Source: Pelagomonas calceolata (Eukaryota). Taken from it: DNA of 64,000 nt. The stretch's first letter is position 1. Each line of letters opens with the position of its first letter. The notes beneath the pieces are model-generated. The model searched no databases and had not been told where the DNA came from. It saw only the letters and a list, made by a program, of their open reading frames with translations. The stretch lies in the NCBI GenBank assembly GCA_918797485.1, contig CAKKNE010000003.1, positions 248,001 to 312,000 of the forward strand, in the 5' to 3' direction. The position numbers and the translations under genes were made by a program. Of the stretch, positions 42,016-53,098 are shown piece by piece.

Positions 42016-45000
42016 TCACACCTCCCCGACGCGGAACCCGATCGTGATGGGCCGCGTCGACGTGATCACGTCGACGGCCTCCCTCCTCGAACATTGGGTG
42101 ATGTCCCTCCCATCAGCCGTCGCCAGCACGTCGCCGACCGCGATTCTACCACTCAACTCTGCCGCCGGCGCGAGCGACGCGCCGACGTCCTTGAAGCGGA
42201 CGACTTTGAGCGGCATCGTCTTCGAGACAATCAAACCGAGCTGCGACGCCACGAAGGTCACCTCGTACTGTGACAGCGGCACGAGCAGCTCCACGCTCAA
42301 TAGAGGCGTCGTCCTATCATCCGCGGGTAAAGCGCCTCTGGCAGCATCAGGAGAAGAAGGCGGCGCGACGTTGACGTAGGCGTCGGGCCGCACGCGCACG
42401 AAGTGGCCTCGCTTCGGCCCGTCCGCCGCCCGTAACGCTACTAATAGTTGTTGCGCTCGCAACCGCTCCATCGACGCGTCCCTACCACCCGGAGAAGAGG
42501 GATCGGGCTCGCCGACCGGTTCGTTCCCGTCCTTCTGCCTCGCTACGAACTCGAATGATGTTGCTTCGGCGGCGGTCGGTGCTGAGGCGCACAGGCAGTA
42601 GCGCTGAAATAAACCACCAACATTCACGTAGCCGCCGGTTAATTCAGATCTCAACCGGAACGTCCCTTTCTGAGCCGTTTCCACGATGAACGCCATCGCC
42701 GTCCTATAACCGAAGTCGCCCCCGTTCGCCCCCGTCTGGCCGTTCGCCCGCGCGACCTGGGCGCTGACCTGGACGGGCGGCTCGCACCGCAAGTAGCACG
42801 CGTCCCTCCCATCCGCCGTTGATGAAGAGGGAGACTTGGGCTGTTGCGGTACAGGTTCCAGGGCACAACCTCTAGCACCGGTAGCGCACAAGTACTGGCC
42901 GCCCACTTTTAAATGTACTCTAGCGACGTCGTTCGGTGTGGAAGGTAGCGCACTCTCCAATGAACCGGCGGGCACGTCCTGCCAGAAGCGGTTGAGCGGC
43001 CGCGCGATGTGCGGCGCTCGTCGGTCCCTCCGACCTGAGGAAGGTGTCGGCGGTACCTCCTTTTCTGTAGTGGGCGTGTTCCCGAACCCGAGGGAACCAA
43101 CCAAAGCAGCAAACCGCGACTGCTTCTTCTTGTCTGGAGTTGTATCTGCGGCTCTAGGTGAGGACACGGTCTTCTTGGCGACGGGTTTAGGCGGTTCTGC
43201 GAAATGCTGCGCCCGGCTCGCGGCCAGCACGTCGGCCCGGATGGCCTTCTCCTGCTCTAGGTCGCTCACCTTCTTCTTGAGCGCAGCGTTCTCGCTTCGT
43301 AACTTTTCGTTTTCCTTCCTTAGGTCCGCGTTGGCGCTTCGTAGATCGACGAGGGCGTTCGCGACCAATGCACCTTCCTCTTCTTCGTTCTTAGATTGGG
43401 CGTCTCTGAGTTTAGCCTCCATGGCCGCGAGGCGGTTCTCGAGCTTGGCCTGCTCCCGGGCGTCGCTGGCCATCTTCGTGAACAATGAGGCGGCGGCGCG
43501 CCGCCTTTGCACTTTTTGTATAGTGACCGCGTTCGTCCTTAGTAATTCATAGGCCCGTCTTTCTTTCCGGCCGCGCCACGTCGCCGCGACGCGCGATGCA
43601 GCTCTATTACGCCTCAATGCCGCCACGCGCTTCCGCGCCATCAACGCGCGCCGCGCCGACTGCGCTAAGATGGATGCGGCTTTTGTTTTGAGGTAGAGAC
43701 GTCTAGCGATATACCTCCGGTGCCGCGCTTGCACTTTCTTAGCACCTTGCTTAGCACTCTTGTATCTACGTGTGTGGCGGATCTGGCGCCACCTCGCTTG
43801 CACGACAATGGCCCGTTCCCCCAGCGCGTCGGCCCGACGCCGTTCCAGAGCCTCTAACACACCAGCCTTGAAATACACTCGTGTACTACCAACGGCATAG
43901 GGCCCGTCGCGCTTCTGCGTGGCCGGCTCTTCGCCTATCAAAGCTTTACATAACTGTAGGGTCGATCCCGAAGTATCACATAGTAACCCGAACCGTCGAG
44001 GTACTTCGGCGTGAGGTAATTTGTTGGGATAGCCCGCCCGAGCCACCCTTATAGCCTCGATGACGCCCGCACATCTCAATTGATCGACGACCATCTCCAC
44101 ATCATAATGAGACGAACTTTTAATGGAATTGGGCTTGACGCACCTCACGTACTGTACTGTTGTTCTTTCAATCTCCTCCATCAGTAATGTTAACTGTGCT
44201 TTGAACTTCGTACACACCGTGTCCTTCACCAACTTACCCTTCTTCTTCGTCGTGACGACTGACGAAGAGAATAACTGGGAGAGCATCGTGAATGAACTAC
44301 TCCGAGCGACACCGGCCAGATCTTCCGGTAAGGCATCCGTATTTCTTTCTAACCAATGATGAGCGGTATAAGTAACATCCCCGGCGTAGTGTTTGATCGT
44401 GAACTGGTCCTTGTTCATCTTATGGGGTATGTACCTTGTAGACTCGGTACCATGCAGCGTCGTTAGTTTCGACACGAAGCCCTCATCACTCCCTCGAGGT
44501 CGCACGCACTCCTCGTTCAGCACGTCGATGATGCCCATCCTACCTTCTATCAAAGTTAATACGGCGGCATTGTCCGGGAAGGCCACATGCGTCCAGGGCA
44601 CCCCTTCTTCGTCATACTCCTGCTGCACGGTCTTGAACAAGTCCAAGGTAAACTTCTGCTGTAATTTCTCATTCGTGTAGTTAATACACAACTGCTCGAA
44701 GCGATTCACAGCAAACGACTCGAAGCCAAAGATGTCCAACAAACCGACGACCCGCATCGCCCGGTCCACATCCCCCGAAGACGTGGCCGTGTTAATTTTA
44801 CTAACAATGTAGTCGAAGGTCCGCACGTAGATCTCCTTCGCGAGGGCGTCTCTCGCGTCCCGCGCTTGCTGCTGCGTGAGCGGGACCTTGAAGGTCTCGT
44901 TGCGGGCTTTCACCGTTCGCTCCGTGAGTGCTTTGCCCAGGGCTTCCGTGTTTACGCCTAGGGCTTGGGATGCTTTCGTAGATGCGTTATCTTGGAGTAA

Positions 45001-46098
45001 GGAAGAGCCTTCTCCTTGTTCGGTGGACGTCGCTTCGACGTCGACGTCGCCGAGCAATAAAGTAACTTCTAGTAGATCAGCGATGGCGTCCCGTTCGTTA
45101 TCCTCCACTCCCACAAGTCTCAAAGCGTCCCAGGTCTTGGCGAAGCGATCCGGATCGGCCACGCCCTCTATGGACTTCGTGGCAAGGTCGCCTTTTGCAG
45201 TGAAGCGCTGCTGCGTCAAATCTAACCGAGAGTTTGTTCGACCTCTAGCAACCCCATAGAAGCAGTGGTAGGCCCGCTCGCCCGGCGCCTGGCCCGTGAT
45301 CCTGCTCTTTTCCAGTAAATAGGTCCGACACCTACTACCTACTAAAGGCGGGTCGCCGCCACCGACCCGAGCCGTCGCGTCGAACTCGAGCTGCGTGAAC
45401 TTGCCGAAGCGCGACGAATTGTCGTTTCTTACAGTTTTAGCGTTGCCGAAGGACTCCAACAGAGGCTGCGACTCCAAAACGCGCTTCACGACGACGCCGT
45501 CGGTCTGGCCGGCCACCGAAGCCAAATAGCCCATCATGATCTTGACCGTCTCCGTCTTGCCCGCGCCGGACTCGCCGCTCACTAATATACTTTGGTCGAC
45601 GCCCGCGGCCGCGCCGCCGACGGATCGAGCTGCTACGCCATCATACGCCATCGCGCTAATCGCATAAACGTGCGGCGGCAGCTCATTGCGCTTCTTCTTC
45701 GCGTACTGTAGTCTATTCTCCTCCGAGTACAAATCGAGCCATTTGTAGGGGTTCACGGCGATGCACATCGTCCCCGTATACGTATAGGGTAAAGCAGCAA
45801 AATACCTTCTTCGCAAGTTGTACAACACCGACGCCTCGTGCAAGTAGTCGAGGGACACCATATCATCAGCACCCGCGTCGGGCAGGTCGAGGTTCCTCAA
45901 GGGCAAGGATTCCACCGAAGCGAAGGGCTCCTTGAGCACAACTTCTTCTGTCGATGATGGCGTTTCGTCGTCTAATTTTGTTGTGGGGTCGGGCACGTAC
46001 TTGGCCACTCGTACGGTGTTGTCGTTACTGGAGAGGACGTCGGCGGGGACCCAGACGAGCTTGGCGTCTGGCAAGTATATTTTGCTCGTCGCCGCCAT
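42016..46098 (-). CDS. Unconventional myosin: motor, IQ motifs, coiled coil, tail ending in a PDZ domain
   Basis: GESGAGKT, NDNSSRFGK, LLDIFGFE, YVRCVKPN, QLRCAGV. IQ-like VQARWR. C-terminal LGLIV...AELSGRIAVGDVL...RPITIGF. Confidence 0.95.
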   Translation of the reverse strand: MAATSKIYLPDAKLVWVPADVLSSNDNTVRVAKYVPDPTTKLDDETPSSTEEVVLKEPFASVESLPLRNLDLPDAGADDMVSLDYLHEASVLYNLRRRYFAALPYTYTGTMCIAVNPYKWLDLYSEENRLQYAKKKRNELPPHVYAISAMAYDGVAARSVGGAAAGVDQSILVSGESGAGKTETVKIMMGYLASVAGQTDGVVVKRVLESQPLLESFGNAKTVRNDNSSRFGKFTQLEFDATARVGGGDPPLVGSRCRTYLLEKSRITGQAPGERAYHCFYGVARGRTNSRLDLTQQRFTAKGDLATKSIEGVADPDRFAKTWDALRLVGVEDNERDAIADLLEVTLLLGDVDVEATSTEQGEGSSLLQDNASTKASQALGVNTEALGKALTERTVKARNETFKVPLTQQQARDARDALAKEIYVRTFDYIVSKINTATSSGDVDRAMRVVGLLDIFGFESFAVNRFEQLCINYTNEKLQQKFTLDLFKTVQQEYDEEGVPWTHVAFPDNAAVLTLIEGRMGIIDVLNEECVRPRGSDEGFVSKLTTLHGTESTRYIPHKMNKDQFTIKHYAGDVTYTAHHWLERNTDALPEDLAGVARSSSFTMLSQLFSSSVVTTKKKGKLVKDTVCTKFKAQLTLLMEEIERTTVQYVRCVKPNSIKSSSHYDVEMVVDQLRCAGVIEAIRVARAGYPNKLPHAEVPRRFGLLCDTSGSTLQLCKALIGEEPATQKRDGPYAVGSTRVYFKAGVLEALERRRADALGERAIVVQARWRQIRHTRRYKSAKQGAKKVQARHRRYIARRLYLKTKAASILAQSARRALMARKRVAALRRNRAASRVAATWRGRKERRAYELLRTNAVTIQKVQRRRAAASLFTKMASDAREQAKLENRLAAMEAKLRDAQSKNEEEEGALVANALVDLRSANADLRKENEKLRSENAALKKKVSDLEQEKAIRADVLAASRAQHFAEPPKPVAKKTVSSPRAADTTPDKKKQSRFAALVGSLGFGNTPTTEKEVPPTPSSGRRDRRAPHIARPLNRFWQDVPAGSLESALPSTPNDVARVHLKVGGQYLCATGARGCALEPVPQQPKSPSSSTADGRDACYLRCEPPVQVSAQVARANGQTGANGGDFGYRTAMAFIVETAQKGTFRLRSELTGGYVNVGGLFQRYCLCASAPTAAEATSFEFVARQKDGNEPVGEPDPSSPGGRDASMERLRAQQLLVALRAADGPKRGHFVRVRPDAYVNVAPPSSPDAARGALPADDRTTPLLSVELLVPLSQYEVTFVASQLGLIVSKTMPLKVVRFKDVGASLAPAAELSGRIAVGDVLATADGRDITQCSRREAVDVITSTRPITIGFRVGEV

Positions 46099-46441
46099 GA
46101 GTTATGCGTTGCTCTTGCTTTGTTCTTGCGTTGTTCTTACGTTGGCGCTGCGCTGTAGTGGTGCGCTTGGCGTTGCGCTGTGGTGCGCTTTTGCTCGCGC
46201 GTCGCGCCGCCGCGAAGCAGCTTGTGGTGTCCCACTGCGGTTTCGGTACTGAGCGGGTGCGGACGCGCGTGCAGTGCAACTGCACTCCAATCTCTGCGCT
46301 GCAACGATGCGCTGGTACCCTTGCTGCGTCTCAGGTTTCTACGCTATCCGTTTTTTACTGAGGGTCAAAGACTTTCATAAAAAAATATAATCACTCTAGT
46401 GTTTAGACATACTAGGATTTTCGATTTCGTACAAACAAACA

Positions 46442-47341
46442 TTATGAGACACACCCAGGACCGCTCCGAACCTTCGCCACGGCCAGCTCGCCCGCGCGCA
46501 CGGCGTGGCCCTGGAAGGAGTCCTCGGCGAGCGTCCCCGGCGTCGCCACCACTAAAAAGACCTTCGCGCAGAGGCAGCCGACGCGGAACAACAAATTGAA
46601 CGCGACGCACCCATTGTTGTATTTCTGGGACCGCAACACCAGCGAGTCGTCGGCGCCGTCCAGCTTTAATGGAGACCCCCTCATATCATGACAGCGCCGA
46701 CAGCACATGTGCAGCTCGGGGTCGTTGTCCTCCTCGGTCCTGGACACCGACAACGTGTCGTCCCAGTAGAACTCCGCCTCCTCGACGCTCCGCAGCCACC
46801 AGCGGAACTGCGCGACGTGCACTATGAGGCAGTCCGGCCCGAAGGTCCTGGAATCGTGGACATATAATCCAGCTCCTTCACCATGCTCGGCGAACGTCCT
46901 ATCAACCTCGGGCCAGCTGTAAGGGCAGGTCGACTCAAGAGGTATGGATACTCTGAAGTCCCACTCCTCGTAGGGTTCCGGTAGGATGATTGGCTTCTCT
47001 TTGAAATCCGCCGGCTCGAGGAACGTCGCCGCGAAGGCGGCGTCATTCGGTGCTTTGACAGGTACCGGGTCGCGTTGACCGGGCCGCCACCGCGGCGTGG
47101 CGGTCCGCGGCGCGGCCGCCGCCTGCCGCTGCGCGATTGCCGCGGCCTTTTCCCGGTCGGACGGCAGCTCTTCATTTAATGCTACGGCCGCGTCCCGGGC
47201 CGCCTTCTCGGCCTCGTCGCGCGACTCGCGGCGCTGCCGCGCTTTGATTCTCCTGTAAGCTTCCTTGGAGTTGGGCTTATCAGCATAGTCGTCGTCGTCG
47301 CTGGAGACCTCGAGGGCGTCCCATTTGGAGTAGTCGACCAT
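46442..47341 (-). CDS. Hypothetical protein with Cdc37-like N-terminal motif
   Basis: Starts MVDYSKWDALEVSSDDDD. The remainder is not recognisably Cdc37. Confidence 0.6.
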   Translation of the reverse strand: MVDYSKWDALEVSSDDDDYADKPNSKEAYRRIKARQRRESRDEAEKAARDAAVALNEELPSDREKAAAIAQRQAAAAPRTATPRWRPGQRDPVPVKAPNDAAFAATFLEPADFKEKPIILPEPYEEWDFRVSIPLESTCPYSWPEVDRTFAEHGEGAGLYVHDSRTFGPDCLIVHVAQFRWWLRSVEEAEFYWDDTLSVSRTEEDNDPELHMCCRRCHDMRGSPLKLDGADDSLVLRSQKYNNGCVAFNLLFRVGCLCAKVFLVVATPGTLAEDSFQGHAVRAGELAVAKVRSGPGCVS

Positions 47342-47636
47342 GGCTGCTGCTTGCGCAGTTCTTGCGCAGCACTGCCTGTCTTCCTGTAGGCTGTTTTTTC
47401 GTAGGTTGCGGAGCCGCAGCTTCGTTGCGGCGCGAGGAGCTCTGGCTGGAAGGCCCTGGGACTCCACCAGGCACCTTAATTTGCACGAATGTGGACAAGC
47501 GCGCCTGGTTTTGGCCTCGATTGCTGGCTTGCCTAGTGTCTTTCACCGCTAGCGCGCATCGATGGCAGCCGTGAGTTCCCTCAGCTACAAGCATCCGGTA
47601 GCTGCAACATCTAGGATTTTCACTATTATTACTACG

Positions 47637-48047
47637 TCACAGGGCGATCTGCGGCGGTCGCGCGGTCGATCCCTTCGCGGCCGCCGCCTCTTTTTTCACG
47701 TGCGCGAGGTGCTTCCGGAGCGTCTCGACGTCGGACGCGGGCAGCCCGATCGGCGGGTCCTGGCCGCGCGCCTGATAGTGCGCCAATATTTTCCCGACGA
47801 GCTCGTCCTTCTGCCGGCGCTCGGCCATTTTCCGATCGCGTTCCGTGCCCCCCGCATTGTTCGCTCGTTGCATCGCGGCTTTCGCGGCGGCGTCTCTGGC
47901 GTCGACACCTTGCGTATTGCTGTCGGCGCCGCCGCCGCCCAGCGTGTGGCCGGCGCCCTGGAAGGCGCGCGGCCGCGACGGCCGTCGGCCCGGCGGCGGG
48001 CGTCGGTGCTCGTCTGCTGCATCCTCCTTGCCGCAGCAACCGCCCAT
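47637..48047 (-). CDS. Small lipid-anchored protein, SVIP-like
   Basis: MGGCCG acylation motif, FQGAGHTLGG (SHP-box-like), ARDAAAKAAMQR (VIM-like). Confidence 0.6.
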   Translation of the reverse strand: MGGCCGKEDAADEHRRPPPGRRPSRPRAFQGAGHTLGGGGADSNTQGVDARDAAAKAAMQRANNAGGTERDRKMAERRQKDELVGKILAHYQARGQDPPIGLPASDVETLRKHLAHVKKEAAAAKGSTARPPQIAL

Positions 48048-48300
48048 GGCTTTGGCCGGGGTGTTCGCACGTAGGCAAAACCCCCTCTCCACCAGTGCTT
48101 GCTGGGACTGCCGAAGGCGGGCGCGAGGCTCAGGCCTGGCTGGCAGTGCCTGAATGTCTTGGACGTTCGAAGCTGTCAATTTGATGCCTAGGGAGCCCTG
48201 GGCCAATTGGTCACTGCTCTGCCTCCGCTGGACAGCAGCGCTCTGCCTCCAAGGTGGTGCACGAACGCGGCGCACACTGATCAGACACACCTCGCCAGCG

Positions 48301-50051
48301 ATGCGTACGACCTCAGCAGCGATGCGAGCGACAGCTCTCTTGGCTTGCGCTGCCGCCTACGCGCCGCGGTGGCACAGACTGGGAGTGCCACCAAAGCCTC
48401 TCTCACGGAGCGTGCGCGGCCTCGCGGGACGATACGCATCGAGCAGGAGATCTGCGGCAGCCGAACCGCGCGACGCCGTAGAGCAGCCGGCGCCACAGCC
48501 CTCGCGCCTCGCGGCAGCTCTCAAGCCGGCGCGCGGACCCCTCGACAAGGACATCGCCGCCGTCGCGCTGCCGGCGATGCTCTCTTTAGCGGTCTTCCCC
48601 GTGGTCGGGATGGTCGACACGTTCTTCGTCGGGCGCATGGGCTCGGCGTTGTCGCTGGCCGGCCAGGGCGCGGCGAACGCGGCTTTCAACTTCTGCTTCT
48701 TCGTGCTGGCCGTCGTGCCGACGCTGACGGCGCCGCGCGTCGCGCGCGCGGCGGCGCGGGGCGACGACGAGGGCGTGCGGACGACGGCGCGCGAGTCGCT
48801 CTGGATCGCCGGCGCCGTGGGCTTGTGCGGGACGGTCGCGCTGGTGGGCTGGCCGCGCTACTTTTTGAAACTCGTGCTGCCGGCCAACGCGCCGGCGCTG
48901 GCGCCGGCCGCGCGGTACCTGCGATACCGGGCCCTCGGCTACCTGCCCGCACTCCTCTCCTCGACGTGCTTCGCGGCGTTCCGCGGGCTGCTCGACACCG
49001 CCACGCCGTTGCGCATTTCTCTATTTTACAACGCCCTGAACGCGGTGCTAGATCCGATCTTGATTTTTGGATGCGGGCTGGGCGTCGCGGGCGCGGCGCT
49101 CGCGACCGCTCTCGCGGAGTCGGTGGGCTGCCTCATGTACCTCTCGCAGCTGTCGAAGCGCATCGGTGGGCGGAAACTGCTTCCCACGTTCTGGAGGAGG
49201 CCGCCGGCGCGTGCCACAGTGAAGGCATTGGCGGCTGGAGCCGCCGCTATGCAGGTGAGACAAATAGCGTTGAACGCCGCCTTTGGTGCCGCAACTAGGT
49301 CGGCCCAAGCGATGGATGCCACGGGCGTCAAGGCCGCCGCCTACTCCATTTCGCAGCAGTTGTGGCTGTTGGCGGCTGTGTGGAAATCAACAAGTGAGTT
49401 AGGTTGCCGTAGAACCTCCACGCCATCGAGCAGACGCAGTTACGGACACAACGTCGCATCGATCCACACAGGTTGGCGGGCGTCGCACTGTTTGCCCTCC
49501 AGTCATCGGCGGCGGCCCTCGTGCCGGCGGCACTGGGCAAGGGGGACAAAAACGACGACGATACCGACGCGACGGACGCGGCACGGCGCGTCGCCGATCG
49601 TTGCATGGGATGGGGACTCTTCGCGGGCACGGCGCTCGGCCTCCTGCAGATCGCGTGCTTGCCCCTTGTCCGGTGCTTCTCGCCGCTGCCGGAGGTCCGT
49701 GCGGCCGCGCGGACGCCGGCGTTCCTATCAGCGTTGGCGCAACCTGTCAACGGCGTCGCTTTCGTCGCGGAGGGCGTCCTACTTGGATTGGGCGCCTTTC
49801 GTTTCTTGGCGGCGCAAACGGCGGTCGGCGCCGTCGCGATGATGGTCTTCCTGAGTCGAGCGAAGACGCTGAGCCAGGTTATCTACGCCATTTATTGGTT
49901 CAACGGGATCCAGGCCGTGCTGGCATTGCTTCACCATATACGCTTGTCACCGCTCGCGAGGCGTACGCCGGCATCGCCATCCGATTGCGCGGTCGTCTCA
50001 GTCGACGGCGGGCGGCCGGACTTGGTGTGCGTCGTCGACGACGAGGAGTGA
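48301..50051 (+). CDS. MATE (DinF-like) transporter; exons 48301-49367, 49472-50051
   Basis: IAAVALPA...VDTFFVGRMG, FRGLLDTATPL...NAVLDPILIF...GVAGAALAT, QPVNGVAFVAEGVLLG. Frame is restored by removing the introner. Confidence 0.9.
49376..49471. mobile_element. Introner element, short form; forms intron 49368-49471
   Basis: TIR CTGTGTGGA / TCCACACAG. Perfect 8-bp TSD GTTGGCGG (49368-49375, 49472-49479). Internal CACGCCATCGAGCAG. Confidence 0.92.
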
Positions 50052-50132
50052 GTTCCGTCATCGAATCGTTATGTGTAAAAATGAATTGTCGTTAGGCGTG
50101 GGGCCAACTAGTCAGTGGGGGCGGGCGAGGTC

Positions 50133-51089
50133 TTATCGGGGACTGCCGTGGCCCAGGAGGTCGTCGACGTCCAGGGTCGGCGCACCGGGCGCACCAGCCA
50201 TGTTCTTCACCTTCCAGAGTGCTGCGAGGTCCTCCGACGTGATCAGCGAGTTGCGCTTGCCGTTCGACGCAGCGTTGGCCTTCCAGTAGAAGCTCCGGCG
50301 GATGGCCAGTAAAATTTGCGGGTCGACGAGCTCGCCCTTGAGCAGCGTCTCTACCACGTAATCGGCCTCGCTGATGTAGTCGCCCTCGCCCGCGTTCCTC
50401 TTGTTGTTGATTAGAGTTTCCAATTGCTCGAGCGAGGGCAGCGCGATCTTGCCGTGGCGCAGCTGCTGGCGTTTTCTTATTAGTAGACATTCGTCGACGG
50501 CGTTCGCGAAGACGACGACGACGCCCATCACTCCTAAAGCGGCCAGACATTTGTTGAGCGGCTCTTCGTCGAGGAAGCCGAAGTCTCCGAAACCCACCGT
50601 CGTCGCCGTGACGACGCCGAAATACACGGCTTCGGTGAAGCTCGACTCCTTGCGCACGAAGTGCAGCGCGACGAAGAGCGCCAGGAGCGTGACCATCGGG
50701 AGCATTGCCAGGAGGTAGCGGCGCCAATATTTTATCTTCGCGTTCACCTGCTCGGGCGTGTGCTTGTCGATCGGGAGCGCGTGCACGTCGACGAGCTCGA
50801 TACCAACCATTTTAAGGAGTTTGGCCTGGAAAGATTGGAGCTTGCCTTGCACGGCGCCGTAGTAGTCCGAAACTATGCTCCACACGAGCACTAGGCCGAC
50901 GATGGCGTAGACCGAGACGAAGGCTTGCGTCTTGGGCGTGGTGGGCGCGAGGTCCCCGTAGCCGACTGTCGAGACGGTCATGCACCAGAAGTAAAACGCG
51001 TCGGCGGCGTCCCAGCCCTCCTGGTTCATCATGAACTGGACGCCGCCGGCGAAGTAAGCCGCGAGGAGGCCCAGGGATAGGAGAGACAT
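50133..51089 (-). CDS. Two-pore-domain K+ channel (TPK/K2P-like)
   Basis: Two pore loops, TVSTVGYGD and TATTVGFGD, each flanked by TM helices. Confidence 0.92.
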   Translation of the reverse strand: MSLLSLGLLAAYFAGGVQFMMNQEGWDAADAFYFWCMTVSTVGYGDLAPTTPKTQAFVSVYAIVGLVLVWSIVSDYYGAVQGKLQSFQAKLLKMVGIELVDVHALPIDKHTPEQVNAKIKYWRRYLLAMLPMVTLLALFVALHFVRKESSFTEAVYFGVVTATTVGFGDFGFLDEEPLNKCLAALGVMGVVVVFANAVDECLLIRKRQQLRHGKIALPSLEQLETLINNKRNAGEGDYISEADYVVETLLKGELVDPQILLAIRRSFYWKANAASNGKRNSLITSEDLAALWKVKNMAGAPGAPTLDVDDLLGHGSPR

Positions 51090-51100
51090 TGCTGCCTTGC

Positions 51101-51170
51101 TGCTGGTTGGGATGCTGGTTGGGATGCTGGTTGGGATGCTGGCTGGGATGCTTACTGTTGGTTGGGATGC
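51101..51170. repeat. 12-bp minisatellite (TGCTGGTTGGGA)x4 plus a partial copy, just upstream of the K+ channel ATG
   Basis: Read directly from the sequence. Confidence 0.9.
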
Positions 51171-51493
51171 TTTCTGGCGCCCTGAATTGAGAGGGCGCAA
51201 TCAGAAAACAGTCGCTAGCAGCCGAGAGTCCTTGGATGCCGCAATGTGCGCGATCTGGAAAGCTCGGCTTTGCTTGTTTTCTAGTGTCTTACTGGACGCT
51301 AGCTAAACTCGAGCCGAGTCCGCAGGGAAGAGCCAGGGCGCGGCCAAGCCCGTTTCGTGGCACTCGCGATCGCAGTGTTGGGTCGCAAATGCGTCGGCGT
51401 GACTTCGGACCACGAAGTGTAGCGGATTTGTGATCAATTTCCTGTTGTCAAAAGCTAATTTCCTAACTTTGCCCAGGCGGTCGGGCTCTTACC

Positions 51494-53098
51494 ATGATAA
51501 TCATCATCACCACGATGTCGCTGGCGTCCGCCGCAAGACATGCATGCGACGAGGACGCCGCGCGAGCGCTCAAACGGCCCTGGGCGCCCGTCGTCTTTCA
51601 CGGGGAGCGCGAGACGAGGGAGTCGTTACCGGAAATCGACGCGCGCTTCACCCCGGACGGCGACGCCGACGAGGCCGCCGGCTTTCGCGCCGTCGAGGAG
51701 TTTAATGAAATGAAACCGATACCCGCGCTCAGAGATGCCTACGTGCCGGGCTCGCCGCACCGCGCGAGCGCATTGGCGCGGCGCGCAGCCACCGACGTGC
51801 CACTGCGTTTCGCGGTCTTCGGTAATTCGTTCACGATCGGCTCGAACTGTGGCGAGTCGACGACTCATCACCAGCGCGACTGCGCTTGGCCGGCTCGTTT
51901 CGCACGACGCCTGCGCGAGCTCCGACCCGGGAGACCGCCCGAAATCTGGCACTCGTACCAGAAGAACGGCGAGGCAAGCGTGGACGTTGCGCAGCAACTG
52001 CCAGCGATCGCGAAAGAGCTCGCACAGTCGCCGCCCGACGTTGTGATTCTCGACCTGTCCATCGGAGACGCGTTAAACGGCGAGTGGCACTGGTTCGAAG
52101 TGGTCGTCCGCGGCCTACTGACGATCTGGCCGGACGCCGTCGTGATTACGGTCGTTTCCGCGATTCCGGTAATTGTCCGGAGCGGATCCGAGGAGTGGCT
52201 CGAGATCGCGCGGCACTACAGCCTGTGCGTTGTAGACCTAGCCACCGCGGCGCGAACACAACGGCGGGCGGATCGGGTCGATCGCATCTGGCCGCAGGCG
52301 TTGCACTACGTTGACAGTGCGGGAAAGCCGCTGCTGCAACGCTCGAAGCGGTGGCGCGCCGTCGCCGCGAACGAAGGTGCATTCTTTGCGGGTGAGCCCC
52401 GCGTGAGAGTGACCAAGGGCGCCTCGTACCCGCAAAATCATCCGCCGTGGACGACGCATCAGCTACTGGCCGACGCTCTCGCGAGGGCATTCTTCCTGGA
52501 GATAGCGGCCGGGTGCAAATCATGCAGAGCCACACCGCAGAATTTGCACCCAATACCGAGCCAACGCGTCGACTGCGCGCCCAGCACGGCGCCGCCAATA
52601 CCGGCGACGACCGTCGGACCGGCGGAGGAGATCGCTTCTCGGCCGATATGCCTCCACGCGCGGACAGTCGTAGATCCTGGACAACCTTCGACCGACGTGG
52701 AATTGACGGGCGACTGGCGGCTCAACAAGGGCTCGACGCCGCGCGACGACCAGGGCCGACGCTCGGGCTGGCTGAGCGACAAGCCCGGCTCGCTCATACG
52801 CTTCCGCGTCGACGCCGCCGGCGCGCAACTTTCCATCACGTATCTCGCATCATTTGCCAATTTTGGGCCCTTCCGCGCCTGGGCCGGCGAACCGCATTCG
52901 CCGGGCGCGGTCTCCGTCGAGGTCGACGGCCGCCGCGACCGCTTCTCGCTTCCTCGCGTGGCGCGCTTCCCGTCGAAGTCGGAGCTCATGCGCGCGTTGC
53001 GCCGCTCCGGCGGCGACGTTTTCATCGAGAACGCTGGGGCGACTGATGGCCCGTCGCGCGTGAAGATCCTGGGCGTGGTGAGCGCGGACTGTCATTAG
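51494..53098 (+). CDS. SGNH-hydrolase-like protein
   Basis: FAVFGNSFTIG (block I), PDVVILDLSIGD, NHPPWTTHQLLAD (block V-like). Confidence 0.6.
   Translation: MIIIITTMSLASAARHACDEDAARALKRPWAPVVFHGERETRESLPEIDARFTPDGDADEAAGFRAVEEFNEMKPIPALRDAYVPGSPHRASALARRAATDVPLRFAVFGNSFTIGSNCGESTTHHQRDCAWPARFARRLRELRPGRPPEIWHSYQKNGEASVDVAQQLPAIAKELAQSPPDVVILDLSIGDALNGEWHWFEVVVRGLLTIWPDAVVITVVSAIPVIVRSGSEEWLEIARHYSLCVVDLATAARTQRRADRVDRIWPQALHYVDSAGKPLLQRSKRWRAVAANEGAFFAGEPRVRVTKGASYPQNHPPWTTHQLLADALARAFFLEIAAGCKSCRATPQNLHPIPSQRVDCAPSTAPPIPATTVGPAEEIASRPICLHARTVVDPGQPSTDVELTGDWRLNKGSTPRDDQGRRSGWLSDKPGSLIRFRVDAAGAQLSITYLASFANFGPFRAWAGEPHSPGAVSVEVDGRRDRFSLPRVARFPSKSELMRALRRSGGDVFIENAGATDGPSRVKILGVVSADCH

Noticed and set aside
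46442..47341. Calling this gene CDC37
   Set aside because: Only the first ~18 residues match, and the rest lacks the Cdc37 helical domains.
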